Below, in pieces: positions 40,819 through 52,882 of a stretch of 64,000 nucleotides of DNA (within the stretch, counting starts at the first letter, position 1; every line of letters begins with the position of its first letter). The position numbers were made by a program, and so were the translations under genes. This stretch comes from Phoronis australis. Taxonomy: Eukaryota > Animalia > Phoronida. The notes beneath the pieces were generated by a model that saw nothing but the letters and a program-made list of their open reading frames with translations, made no database searches and was not told the origin of the DNA. The DNA lies in contig NMRA01000568.1 in the NCBI GenBank assembly GCA_002633005.1, forward strand, positions 207,842-271,841, in the 5' to 3' direction.

Positions 40819-41066
40819 GGGCCCGTTCCAACAAAACTGACTTAGCTAAGACAAATCTTAAAGTTTAGTAAATTTTAAAATAAAAGTTATACTTGTCTCA
40901 AAACCAATTCAAGAAAGAGATCTTAAATTTGACTTAAGTGTTTGACATAAATTTTGCCTTAATACTGACTAACTTGCCGAATGTGGAAGTTTCAACGTTT
41001 GAAAGTTAAGACAAATCTTAAACTTAAGTCAAAAATGAACTTAAGTCAGTTTATTGGGACAGGCCC
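40819..41066. mobile_element. PIF/Harbinger-type MITE with CTG target-site duplication
   Basis: TIRs GGGCCCGTTCCAACAAAACTGACTTA / TAAGTCAGTTTATTGGGACAGGCCC, with CTG at 40816-40818 and 41067-41069. Confidence 0.75.
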
Positions 41067-41384
41067 CTGCATTTTATCATAAGTACACCTTGTTGACTCA
41101 GTGTTATGGCGACTTTGGGAATGAAAAGACTGAGAGTATACGAAGCTGTTCTGTACCTGGCAGGAGATTCGATTTGATTGAAAGCCCTTTAATCTTTGAC
41201 CTCGGATAATTAATAAAAACATATCCACGCGGTTGTGCGGTTCCAAGGTGGTTCTGCTGAATCTATTTTTCTCGCTACGCCGCATATATTTTGTATTTGA
41301 AGTTTCCCAAGAATGAAGATAAGGTATTTTGCTGGAAACATGTAAATAATGCAAAAAATGGCCAATATTTGTGAACGAGAGGTC

Positions 41385-41660
41385 TCGGAGGAGCGACACT
41401 TGGCGAAATTACGCGAAAACAGGACCATGGGGAGGACGACGACGACGATGATGACGATGAAGGTGGAGATTATGAACAACACGATAACATTCATGTGACT
41501 AGCGAACAAGTCAGTAAGAAATAGCCTGCAGTCTTGTTCACGCACCCGGTAAACTACCACAGTGCGAGAGCGCTCGGAGGAGCAATATTTGGCGAAGACG
41601 ACGACGACGATCATGACGATGAAGGCGGAGATTATGAACAACACGATAACATTCATACGA
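41385..41660. repeat. Direct duplication containing (GAC/GAT)n tracts
   Basis: gacgacgacgacgat...gaagg(t/c)ggagattatgaacaacacgataacattcat occurs at ~41436 and ~41597. Confidence 0.85.
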
Positions 41661-41734
41661 CGAACTTAGATGTCATAAATTAGTAAGAAATAAGCTACAC
41701 TCTTGTTCAAATAAACTAAACCAACATCAATGCA

Positions 41735-42846
41735 GTAAGAGCGCTCAACAAAGGAACAGCGCTATCAGAAAATCTCAAATAAATCGAAAAGTAGACGTCC
41801 TAGAAAAAATGGAAAACATCTTCTGTAAGCCCGTTCCAAATTCTACCTAAATTGATAGTTTCGCAACATTCCATAACTTTTTAAAAAACTGAATTTTTGC
41901 GTTTTTATTTTGAAATTCAAAGTCAAATGACTCGAAAACGGTAAGTCTGAGAAAAACGCTATCACAGAATTTTTGAAAGAGCAAGCTTTGTTCCCACAAT
42001 CCAAAATAGGTGGCGCTACCTGTATGTGACAGGGTAGGGACAGCCCTATTGGAAAATCTCGAATAATTTAAAAACTTGACGTCGTAGCGAAAAATGGAAA
42101 ATATCTTCTGAAAGCCCGTCCAAAATTCTACCTACTTTGATAGTTTCGCAAAATTCAATAACTTTTCGAAAATATTGAAATTTTGCGTTTTTTTGAAATT
42201 CAAAGTCAAAAAACTCGAAAACGGTAAGTCTGAGAAAACCGTTATCACAGAACTTTTGAAAGAGCATACTTCAAGGAATCCACATGCAAAAATTCACGTC
42301 ATTTGCTCTTCCCGTTAAAAAGAACGATTGAAACCGTGTGAACATGCGCCACAGCCGCCATCTTGAAAGAGACTTCCGGTTCAATAAACTTTTTAAAAGC
42401 TTATTAAACTCATCAAACACGTGACCAGTTTGAAAGTGATTGGTTTGCAAATGCGCCCTCTACAGGAGAAAACGTTTTTGGCCTTATTTCGGGGTGCGCA
42501 TGTGCCACTTCCAATATTTCCGCCATCTTTGACCGGAAGTCAACGATTTTCTGCACACTTGTAGCACATGCGTTTTAGTATAATCGTACCGATTTTCAGC
42601 TACAGGTATGTACGTCGAAAAAATGCGGCCTCTACAAGCATTTGACTGTGAAATCAGATACAAAACGGCCATTTTGTATTCGATCATGACCAAAAACAAT
42701 AGCGTTCCAGTACTTCCCGATCTACACGTTGTGTGCAAATTTCGTGAAAATCGGACGAGAATTGCGACCTGTAGAGAACGAACAAACAAAAAAAAAACTT
42801 TCTGTCAGTCCAACATACTTGGCGGAAGAATTCTGCCAAGTAATAA
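41735..42846 (+). mobile_element. Probable HINE/DINE-1-like (Helentron-associated) non-autonomous element with an internal ~220-bp duplication
   Basis: 3' hairpin tacttggcggaa-gaa-ttctgccaagta (42816-42842) preceded by (acaa)n and caaatttcgtgaaaatcgg. ~41760-41985 is repeated at ~42047-42265. Confidence 0.5.
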
Positions 42847-45800
42847 GGTTTGAGATATCCTTAAGTAGTAAATTATTTTAAGATCTTTCGCGTATTTTAA
42901 GCAACGAGTGATATAGTTCACTTCAGATTGAACGTGGGCCCTAAAAGACATACTGAATTCAATTTTCATTTGAATTTATTAAAGAAAATTTGTGATTGGT
43001 TGGATTTTTATTGTTCAAGGAATTGCTCTGGCCGTGTGTTCTACTATCTAATACAATTTTTTCATCACTTAACCCCGGCAATCATTTACATACAACCAGG
43101 AAGACGGCAATCTCTTCCTGATGGACTAACTCAAAAGGGCTCTAACAATTGTATAAAAATGCTGAACCAGTGGAAAGCACCGTGTACCTTGTTATCGAAT
43201 ACATGTACATCGATATGCCGAACTGTGCCACCTGGCGTAAGTAATGGAAGGATTTCAATCTGACTGCAGATATACGAGGAAAATGAATAAAGAGATGTTT
43301 TGTTTAATTCAACAACCGTAAGCCCATGACTCCATACAAGCTTCGCAAAATGTCAACGAAGAACTACCTCGACAGCCGACGGATAAAAAGATGCTACGCT
43401 TAAACAATGAATTATGTTGCAAAGTATGCAAGCCTAAGGCTTCGAAAGCCATTATCAATTAGTAACACCAGCACTGTTATTACACAACGATGAACAATCA
43501 CGTATCACACATGAACAAATGAACGTGAAAATTGCATTAAGAAAGAGCATGTTCCAAAGGATACTGGTGGGGAAAATCAATGCACAAGCATGGGCGGCAC
43601 ACCATAGGGGGCTGAAGGGGAGCTATAGAACCTCACTTTTTTCAGTTGTTTTGCCGCCTATGACAAGTACCCCGAAACAGGGCCATACTTATTCAACTAC
43701 AGACCTACAGATTATACCGAGTCCTTTGCGTCGGTTGACACATTTTACGCTTCGTGAGCACACTACATATAACTGACCGTCGAATCAGACTAGTCGGAGC
43801 TTGTATGGACGTACATGTACTCCGACCCAACTATAGGAGCTGAGTTTTGTACGACTTGGTAGTTTGAGGTAGAGTGTGTCCGACTGATTTTGCTCCGACT
43901 TTCGTTGGACCTAGGAGACGTCTCACGCAACTTTTGAATCACGGTCCACATGATCTGATTGTTTTCAGTATACATAGGCGATTACAGCATAAATTTTGCC
44001 AGCTGTACCGCTTTTGGTGGGACCGTCCGGCTTTTCCACAACTTGAACCACGTCACACCGCAGTCTCAACATATACTTTTGCTCTGTTATACACAATACA
44101 CCCCGCTTTCCCCTTTCTAATTCACAAAGACGACAAAAAACGCCCACGATATTCTTTCTGGATATTGCCGGATGACATTTGCACCTTTCTGCATGAATTT
44201 GATGCTTAGGTGTCTGTTTAAATTGTTGACAAGCCATACTTACCGTTTAGGAGCGTTAGGTATACACATCAATATAACACAATAATTCGCAACTTATGAA
44301 ACACATACTTACATGTATAAACGCATGTTATGTTTAAGGAAGTATTTGTCTCTGTGGTGCGCAATTTCCTCTTTGCATAGGTCAAGCTGTACAAGATGAA
44401 CTGAGGAAACACTTCCTCCCAAAGTCGTCTGTAATTCGAATAAGGGATTGTTATTTGCAAAAACGGAGACAAATAGCTGAGAGTAATCCTAAACTGCCGA
44501 TATATAATCAATTTAAAAAGAAATACAAAACTGGATAATTTTTAAAGTTTCAGTGAGTATACCCCGTGCAAATATTATGTCCATGGCATGTTTTTGTAGT
44601 TCCAGCCATGATTGAAGTAAGCAGGCACTTGAAATTGGATGGGGCAAACAGAGTGTTCCTTCTGCCCCAATGTTGTGGAAGACGAGTATCATTTCCTTCT
44701 AATCTGTGATAATTATTCTGAATTGAGAGAAAAATATATTGAAGTGTGCGATTGGAATTTTCGTCTTTGATAAGTTCAACAGACTGATGTAAACAAGTGA
44801 TGATGCTAAATTAGTTAATATATGCAAATATATAATTCATGCTTTTCGTATCTGTGATAGCTTGCTTCACTCATATGTATGTTGGGTGTTGTTCTTTTGT
44901 ACAGTCGGCCCATGGCCTTTATTACAGAAACAAATGATTGAAATTCATCTCACTGAGGCATGTCATTTTTGGAAAGAAAATATCTGTATCTCAGCCATAT
45001 TGATTTAAACATCTGGGACATGGTACAAATCACACGATTCTGAGTGTGATGACTCTGGATCTTAGGTAATCACACAGTGCACATGTACCTGTACACGTAC
45101 ATGTATATAGTTTTATGGGTCGAATACCGTGTAACAGTATAGGTGCCCTACGAAAAAAGGCGATTGAGGCAAAATTGAATTGCAGGCACTGAGAAATTAC
45201 TTTGCAAAAAGTATGTTTAAAAGTTAACAGATCATGGAAATGGGTGCTGGATTCAAGAAATAAAGCTTCATAACAACATTCGGGTAAAAATATGTAAGAC
45301 CTTTGGCAAATTATCAATTTGACTCAGTTCGAAATATTATACCTCAAAATGATTGACCAACGTCCAATGAAACATCCAGATGATATGTTTCCCTAACAAA
45401 GAGTGTTAAAACTGTTTGTAAAAGGTCTGTTTTTAAAGTATGCAAGTATAGATTTCCTGGGTCTTTAGGTATTTGCTTTAGCTATTTTTTTTTCTCTTCT
45501 TTCTCTGGTATGGGTATGTAGCATAACATATTCTATTACAATAGTCTAATGTCTGAATCAATTTTTATTGATTATTCTCCTTAAGTTTAACCAACCAAAA
45601 GAATGTTCAATAGGTAAATACTCAATTCGAAGGTTTTTTATGTACTCCATCCAACAAACATACTTTTCTTTAAACAGCATCAGGAGACTAGCGTAAAGCA
45701 TTCTCACGTACACTTTAAAAGTCTTTTATCATTTTTTGCTATTATCACATTTGAATTGATTTTTAAATTACCCGTGTAAACTTAGCAAGCATATTTTTTT

Positions 45801-46127
45801 TTCAAAATGCACCTTATGTTGTATTTACTTTTGATGATTTCAGTTGCAAGTATATTTTTTGTTCACCATGTCCCTAATTTTTTAATTATGTATTTACTGA
45901 CGTGATTTCTGTGTTAAACTATACATTCACTCTGACTAATTAATTCACGCACCAACTGGAGAATTCAACACTTGCTAGCTTGAGGATAACGAGGGAGTTT
46001 TTGTATACGGAGGGATGGAGTATTCTGTTAATCGGCAGCAATTAAAGCTAAAGCCATGTTGTATCCTGTCATGCAGTACTTGATCAGAAGTGAGTTGTCC
46101 GGTTTCCAGAGCCACCAACAAGTTGTA

Positions 46128-46166
46128 AAAAGTGAACATTTCATTTGGTTAGCCCTAAACAGGGCT
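46128..46166 (-). terminator. Histone-type 3' stem-loop (copy 2) with partly deleted downstream element
   Basis: Minus strand: caaac-AGCCCT GTTT AGGGCT-AACCA-AATGAAATGTTCACTT. Stem at 46151-46166. Confidence 0.65.
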
Positions 46167-46191
46167 GTTTGTGGTGTATGTTTGAATTAAG

Positions 46192-46461
46192 TCATTCAAA
46201 CCAGCAATTTCGTGAAGCCTTAAGACGAAGGAGAGTAGAAACAGGTGAGCTTTTCTTTCACCGTAGTGGTAAACATGTCGCGCAGTCCATGGGTGATCAT
46301 CTGAAGCTGTTCGAGGCAACCGCCTTCCCACTATTCAGCGCCCTCTCGTAGAGGATGTCAATATCTTGCAGTTCGTTGTCTAACAAATCGATTTGCTCGG
46401 CTGCTTTCAAGTATTTCTTCTGCATGTTGTAAAGTTTTTCATCACATGCAAATTCCTCCAT
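46192..46461 (-). pseudogene. Stem-loop-terminated helical protein family, copy 2 (subfamily A-like); frameshifted
   Basis: MEEFACDEKLYNMQKKYLKAAEQIDLLDNELQDIDILYERALNSGKAV.. then, out of frame, MITHGLRDMF/YHYGERKAHL..., ending TTTGAATGA like copy 3. Confidence 0.8.
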
Positions 46462-49374
46462 AGTGTCGAAAACGAAAACGAATGTGCACTCCATACCTAG
46501 TAGAATGATTGTGAAGGCTGCGTTGCTACTCTTTGTTAGTCGAACATTGTTTAATGGCACGTGTCCTTATACATGTAACAGAAAAAAGGTTTGATAATTC
46601 ATTAGGTCCAATTAACGCTGGATTTGCACTTTCATTATTTTAGTAGGAAACGTAGACTCCTTTTGTTTGGCTTACTCAACCTCAACATGATGATTAAATT
46701 CCATCAAATAAGCAATACATGTAACTGATAAAATTCACCCTATAACTGGAACTTAATTGTTCTAATTTTAACACAAGCATAACATTCAAATTTCTGACAT
46801 CATAGAAAGAAATCACCGATAAGTCTGTCCCCAAAACTAAGCCTACTCCTTCAGAATGGGTAGGTTGAGAGGTGAAACACACATGCATCAGTTGTCCACA
46901 TTTTATAGTCAAGGCGCAAATTTTTACAACTGAACATTTTTTGCATCAATGACCCAAATAATCTACGATCGGTCTGTTGAATGCCGTGAAAAATTATCAG
47001 ATAGGTGTCTGAATCAGAATTGAATTGAAGGCAGTGTGACAGCTACCTAGCAAAAAAGTACACCGGAATTTAAATATAAAACGGAATTGTGTGCTGAATT
47101 CAATATAGATTGTTCCACAGACCGTTTATGTATAGGCTGTAGCACCTTAGAAAAAGTAGAAATTTAGCTGAAATCCGCACACTGTATCTCAAAAATGGTT
47201 GACCTGGTTGAAATGAATCTCTCTTGTGGTGTGCGTTACACAATGGCCGTAAAAAATCAAGGTTTTCTAAAAAGCTCTGTTTTTGAAAGAGGGTGATGAA
47301 CATTGGCGTTGATTCGAAAACGAAATGAATAATTTAGACAATTGATGCGCACTTGTATCAAACAAAATTTGGTTACGTCATTAATTTTCTATGAACGTGT
47401 CTTGATTGTTTTTGCTAAATTTGACTACTATATGGTCAAGAGGTCAAATAAGTTGTACAGGTTTTTTCTTTCAAGAATACATGTATGTGTACATTTCTGG
47501 AAATCCTATATTTACAGTGTATGTAGGTTCATGGCTCAGAATGCACAGATTAATTGAAAACGCCTTACCTAACTTAAGCTTCCTAATACCCCAATTTGAC
47601 AATAGGCAATACCGTAAAGGAGACAACAATGCAGTAGGTCTGATAGGCGGGTTGCGTGAGGTGACTGTGCCATTGAAGGGAGAGATTTTAATCTGTTGTA
47701 TACTACTACTGAATGGCTTTTCAGAGTGTGCAAAACATCAGCAAAGTTCTGTAAACAACTATTTGACAGATTTTCCGTGCCATGGATTCTTGTCAGAATT
47801 TCTATTAGTTCCAAAATATTCAGAATGACGTCTTCACTCAACTTTCAAATGGGTCACGAAAGTCTACTGCAAACATTATATACAAATCAGACGACCACAT
47901 AATTTTCTATTTCCAACTATTTGAAGTGACTCAGTATAAGGCTTCTTCGTCAATATTTACTTAAAGATTTGTTACGTGGAGTTTTAAAAATTATAAAATT
48001 TGGCCATTGTGAAACATCATGTGGCGCGGTATTATTTCAACCAAAATAAAATAAAATAAAATGTTTTAAATTTTGACATGTTTGGATTATGCTCAGCAGT
48101 TTTATTGAACTAATCAATCACCTAATACGTCCAGTAATAATTCACAGCTTTTTTAACTTATTTTTAAAAATCAGCCTTTGGGCTCATTAAATCTAACAAA
48201 TGATGTTGTTTTTGACGACATGTAATGAAATATACATGAGCAGATCCAAGATATCATGAGGAGCACCAACTTTTTCCACAGCGAATGCGAATCTTGAACT
48301 ATCTCAATTGCTGATTCGTTTTACAATTGTTGTAAGCATTGATCAAGTATTGCGCGGTTTGCAATGCATAACCAGCTGCTGTATTGAGACAAAGTTACAT
48401 CTTGAGAAATATCGGTTCAAAGTGTTGCACAACTCGTTACTGGGAAACTGGGGTTACCTTAGCATCGTGTTAAATAAAACCAATATTCATTAGCATGTAA
48501 ATTGACATTTCCTTTTTCAGACATTCACCGAGAGCGAAACTATTTTTATTTTCAACTGAAATAGTTACATGTACGTAAAACAGGTCAGCCATAGACTCGT
48601 ATCTTGGTCTTGTTGTTCATTTTCATCCAACAAACACATTGCTCGGTTTGCTTCTATAAATTCAACACAAAAACAAGTATACGGCCTTATACTAGGCCAT
48701 TTAAATCATTCCGTAATTTCTGCATGCTCAATGTTGCACCACGGCAACCGTGACAATTCTCTAAATGAAAAACTAGAATTCGTTTGTTTAGTAAAGACGA
48801 TACAAAAACCGTTTGGTTTCCAAATTAATGTGACTCGTATTACTCCAAAAAGATTCATCTTACAGTCATACTTAATGAAAAGTAAGACCTAAATTGGAAG
48901 AAAGTTCGATTGCCATTGGGTACCTATAAAGACACAGTGGTAATGCAGGTTATTGGCAAAAATATCAACAGAAACTTTCTGCTGTAGAAAAGAAACCTTT
49001 TTTCAGCAACATCGTGAATTATTTTCTACTTATTGACCTATCCGTCTCAGATGAGTGAGGGTATTTAAAAGGAAATTGTAAAAATTTTGAATATTAATGC
49101 ATTCTTGTCTGAAAAAAGTGAACCGTCCGTTTTTATGATAGAAGGGCTGTCAATTTTGTTTCATTCAAAGTAGAATATTCGTGGTTTTGAGGTTCATACA
49201 AGTATACACGTAACATGATTAGTGAGTTGTACATGTACAACGACAAAAAAAGACACCTACACTTGTGGCCACAGACATTCAAGGTGCGAAACGTCACACT
49301 TGAAAATATTGTATATTGTAGTCCGGTTCACCCCTTTGGCGGTTAATCCAACCTCTGTGAAGCATAAAACTTCG

Positions 49375-49396
49375 TGACGTCATGGAGTCACGTGAC
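49375..49396 (+). promoter_or_regulatory. CRE (TGACGTCA) + E-box (GTCACGTGAC) ~100 bp upstream of copy 3
   Basis: Perfect palindromic motifs. The same pair lies at 56975-56995 before copy 5, and TCACGTGAC at 52412-52420 before copy 4. Confidence 0.5.
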
Positions 49397-49490
49397 ACTG
49401 AACACAGCTTGGCTAACTGGAAATAAAAACGCTGACTTCAGAATCAGTCTACTCACATTTAAATTCAAATTCAGATTCGTTCTTACCACG

Positions 49491-49763
49491 ATGGAGGGTC
49501 CTACGCTTGATGAACAACTTCACAACGCCCAGGCAAAGTGCTTGATAGCAGCAGAACAAGTCGAATTATTGGATCGAGAACTGCGAGATACCTACGAGAG
49601 GGTTCTGGAAAGTGGAAATGCAATTCGCCGGGAACAGTTTCACCGGCGCGTGATGATCACGCATGGACTGCGCGATATGTTTTACCACTACGGTAAAAGT
49701 AAAGCCCACCTGTCTCTATCCCTCTTTCGTCTTAAGGGTTTGGGAGATCGCTTGTTTGAATGA
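49491..49763 (+). CDS. Stem-loop-terminated helical protein family, copy 3 (subfamily A), open 90-aa intronless ORF
   Basis: MEGPTLDEQLHNAQAKCLIAAEQVELLDRELRDTYERVLESGNAIRREQFHRRVMITHGLRDMFYHYGKSKAHLSLSLFRLKGLGDRLFE*. ATG in good context (ccacgATGG). It has an in-frame 3-codon deletion (DIR) relative to the repaired copy 5. Confidence 0.8.
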   Translation: MEGPTLDEQLHNAQAKCLIAAEQVELLDRELRDTYERVLESGNAIRREQFHRRVMITHGLRDMFYHYGKSKAHLSLSLFRLKGLGDRLFE

Positions 49764-49789
49764 GTAATTCAGACATACACCAGAAAAAC

Positions 49790-49836
49790 AGTCCTTTTAA
49801 GGGCTAACCAAATGTTCCAAAACGAACTGTTCACTT
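49790..49836 (+). terminator. Histone-type 3' stem-loop + HDE-like element (copy 3)
   Basis: aaaaac-AGTCCT TTTA AGGGCT-AACCA (one U-G wobble), then AAAACGAACTGTTCACTT. Confidence 0.75.
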
Positions 49837-52509
49837 AATATGATTTGATTGTGAGGGATCCGAAAACCTGACGGCACAGTTATGTCAAAAACTACTTAGT
49901 GATAAAACACAAAGCGGCATTTCATTTCAGCCTAGTAAAATATGTAAAATAAAAATAGCCTCTTTTGAACATGTTCTGTACAGATACTAATAAAGTAATG
50001 CATTTGTTTATTATTGAAACAAACATATAACACTTCAGGCACCCAAAAATATTGTAACTTTAATTTGAAACATTAAACCCATCATAGCAAGTTTATATAT
50101 TGAAATCACCAGGTTGGCTGATTCCGGTTGTCAAACACCCAGGAATGAGCACCTGCAGTAGCAAGGATAAACAACGCATGCGCATTTTGAGATTGCATGT
50201 CTGTCGCTTATTGTTTCTTGTAATTTTTACGGTGTCACTCTTTTAATGAAGAGCAATTGAAGCAAAGAGTGGCAAAAACACAAAATCAGCACTTTTCATT
50301 CCAAGACCATCACTTCCTTGCCGCTTCACGACTTAAGCTATCGTTAGTATATGAAAAAAAAATTCTTACACATTCCGAAAATGTGGTCAACATCTAATGC
50401 TAATAAACTATTGTTTTCAAATCTGTTGAAAGTTGTTGTTCTTGACGACAACCTTTCATGGTTCAAAAATACAAGAAGACGTACAGTGTATACATGTATG
50501 GGAAATCATGAGGGTACCAATTTTCTCCACCAGGAATAAGAACTACTCTTCGAAATGTTTTAATTTCTGGTGTGGTAATATTTTCCTGTCAAATGTTGAA
50601 TGCCAGTCACTAAATACGAAACGATTTGCAGTGCAGTACTGCTCATATGTTTGACGCCAATGTACTGAATCATGTTTGCATATTGAGAAATATTCATTTA
50701 AAGTCCTGCTCGTCACGTTACTGTAAAAGTTAATATACTAAATCATAATCTGTTAATGAAAGCGGATGTTCACTAGGTTGTCAATTAAAAATCTCTTTTG
50801 CAGTGTTTTACTGAGAGCGTGGGTAGTTTAGTTCTTCAATTTCGTTACGTGAACTAGTTATACGTAGCATTTTGTCTTGTTCCTGCATACATATTCAGTA
50901 AAATAACGCATTGAGGGGCTTGTTCATAGTGTTAGAATGCACAAAATTATGATGGCATAGGCAAGTACATGTAAGGGTGAGGGGGAAGGAGGGACGGAGG
51001 GAAGAGAGGAAGGGAGAGAGGGACGGACGGACGGAGTGAGGGAGGTGTGGAAGGGAATCTCATTTGTACGGGTTAAATTACAATAGTTAGTATACATGTA
51101 GATGTCAATTTCATGATAAGATGTTCATTACATGCATGTATATTCATTTTTACAAATCTTTTCTCAATAATAAACATGAATAAAAATCGTTCAGTAAATG
51201 TATGAACTGAAGTGGCATAGCAATGAACAGAAAAGCCATATTGGATGAGAATATACGTTTGCGTGTCATGACATGATTTGGAATGTATTTTTCTTTAATA
51301 GTATCAGATGGCTTGTATTGCATGTTCTTATGTTTTCACTGACGCTTCTGCTATAGGAAGAAGTTAGCGATTCAATAACTGCCAACGTGGGGTCTGGTGG
51401 GTGTATCAATACGTAACAATGTGGCCCTACTGTTAAGGGAAATATTAATTTTGAGGACATAAAGTTCGAATAGATATTTGAAAATTGAGTTTTCAAGATA
51501 CGATTTAAACAAAGTTTCATTGAAAAAATGAATCATTATCTAGTCTAATGTTGCCATATTCATTACGACTGGATACTGTATTTTGAAAATACTTTTAACT
51601 TCTGCGATTGAATTTCGTTTTTTCATGAATTGGCATTCAAGACCATAAATAAATGCAATGTTGTTTAAGTAATATAAATCGATAAATTAAGTCTTTTACT
51701 TGTTTTTTTAAACATGTAAAACAGTGCAGAGTGTGTCCTTTACTTTCTTGTAACCTATTTGTGCAGCATCGCTTGGCCCTTTACAAGTACGAATAAATTC
51801 ATCAACTGCACTCAATAAGTTTATTCATTTCAGCACTAAATTGTAATTTAACACGTTGCAGGTTATTTAGATTTTTCCTCCCTGATTTACAAATAATCTA
51901 CATTTACACAATTAACAGATACCATATGTATATTCATGATATGTACATGGAAATATGATTGAGAGCTAATATTTGAAAGCGCAATAACCTTAGTTTATAG
52001 CCTGAGTTTAAACATGTTGACCTTTTGTAACAGTATGACGTCCAATAAACGTGGGTGCGAATGACTAGATAATTGACACGTCCATGAAAAATGTTTTCAA
52101 CAAATATTCCTGCAATCATCATACAGCCTTTTCACTTAAGTATCTTTCACTTTTTAAATAAGAAGTTAAAGTTGTACAACATTTATTGAATGGGGGTAAC
52201 TTGCTTTTAAGATCCACTATTATCTGCTATTTTTCGTAACTACATGAATATGAACAGACCAGTCGACCAGTCATCACTAACTGTTACACAATGGCATTCT
52301 ACGTAAAGGGCCGGATCCAGATGTGCCGCTGGCAGTAATGCGGATTAAACTGCCACAGGTCATAAGTACTTAACATAATCTCTGCCTAAGTGGCTACCAC
52401 ACCTCTTTGAATCACGTGACACCATCTCAACATATATTAGCTTGGCCAACCAGTGTTGGCTAACAACTGATCAAGACATTGTTTGTGACGTACAGGTTCA
52501 TAGTGTAAA

Positions 52510-52774
52510 ATGACGGAACCCGAGATGCAAGTCCAAATATACCAAGCTCATCAGAAATGTCTTCGCGCACGTACACAAGTACAAATCCTGGACAGAGANG
52601 TTGGATGACATGAGGATTCGTTACCTGAGGGCGGTGGAGCGACGTGACCAAGTTCGCAAAGATCAAATGCAGCGGCGTATCGTTACAACGCACGGGCTTC
52701 GCAACGCGTTCTACAAATATCAGGAGAAACAAAAGAGTCTGGTTCTCAATCTACGCGAACAGGCGTTTGGTTAA
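52510..52774 (+). CDS. Stem-loop-terminated helical protein family, copy 4 (subfamily B), 87 aa; intact if the n at 52599 is spurious
   Basis: Skipping n52599 gives MTEPEMQVQIYQAHQKCLRARTQVQILDRELDDMRIRYLRAVERRDQVRKDQMQRRIVTTHGLRNAFYKYQEKQKSLVLNLREQAFG*. Copy 1 has gacagagagttg with no extra base. Confidence 0.8.
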
Positions 52775-52835
52775 TACATGTATATGTACACATTGACGAC
52801 TCTCGTGGAATCCTCAAGTCCACAATAAAAACAAC

Positions 52836-52882
52836 AGCCCTTTTAAGGGCTACCCACAACTACCAAAAAGAACTGCTCACTT
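52836..52882 (+). terminator. Histone-type 3' stem-loop + ACCCA + HDE-like element (copy 4)
   Basis: aacaac-AGCCCT TTTA AGGGCT-ACCCA, then AAAGAACTGCTCACTT starting 15 nt after the stem. Confidence 0.85.

Noticed and set aside
41210-41656. 148-aa ORF with repeated hydrophobic helices
   Set aside because: The hydrophobicity comes from the antisense of duplicated (GAC/GAT)n tracts.
43790-44237. Overlapping ORFs on both strands
   Set aside because: No recognisable domain, paralog or splice support.
49491-49805. Interpreting the stem-loop genes as histone genes, or the hairpins as bacterial terminators
   Set aside because: No H1/H2A/H2B/H3/H4 motifs are present. The hairpins lack a 3' U-tract and are followed by ACCCA/AACCA and an HDE-like element in eukaryotic DNA.
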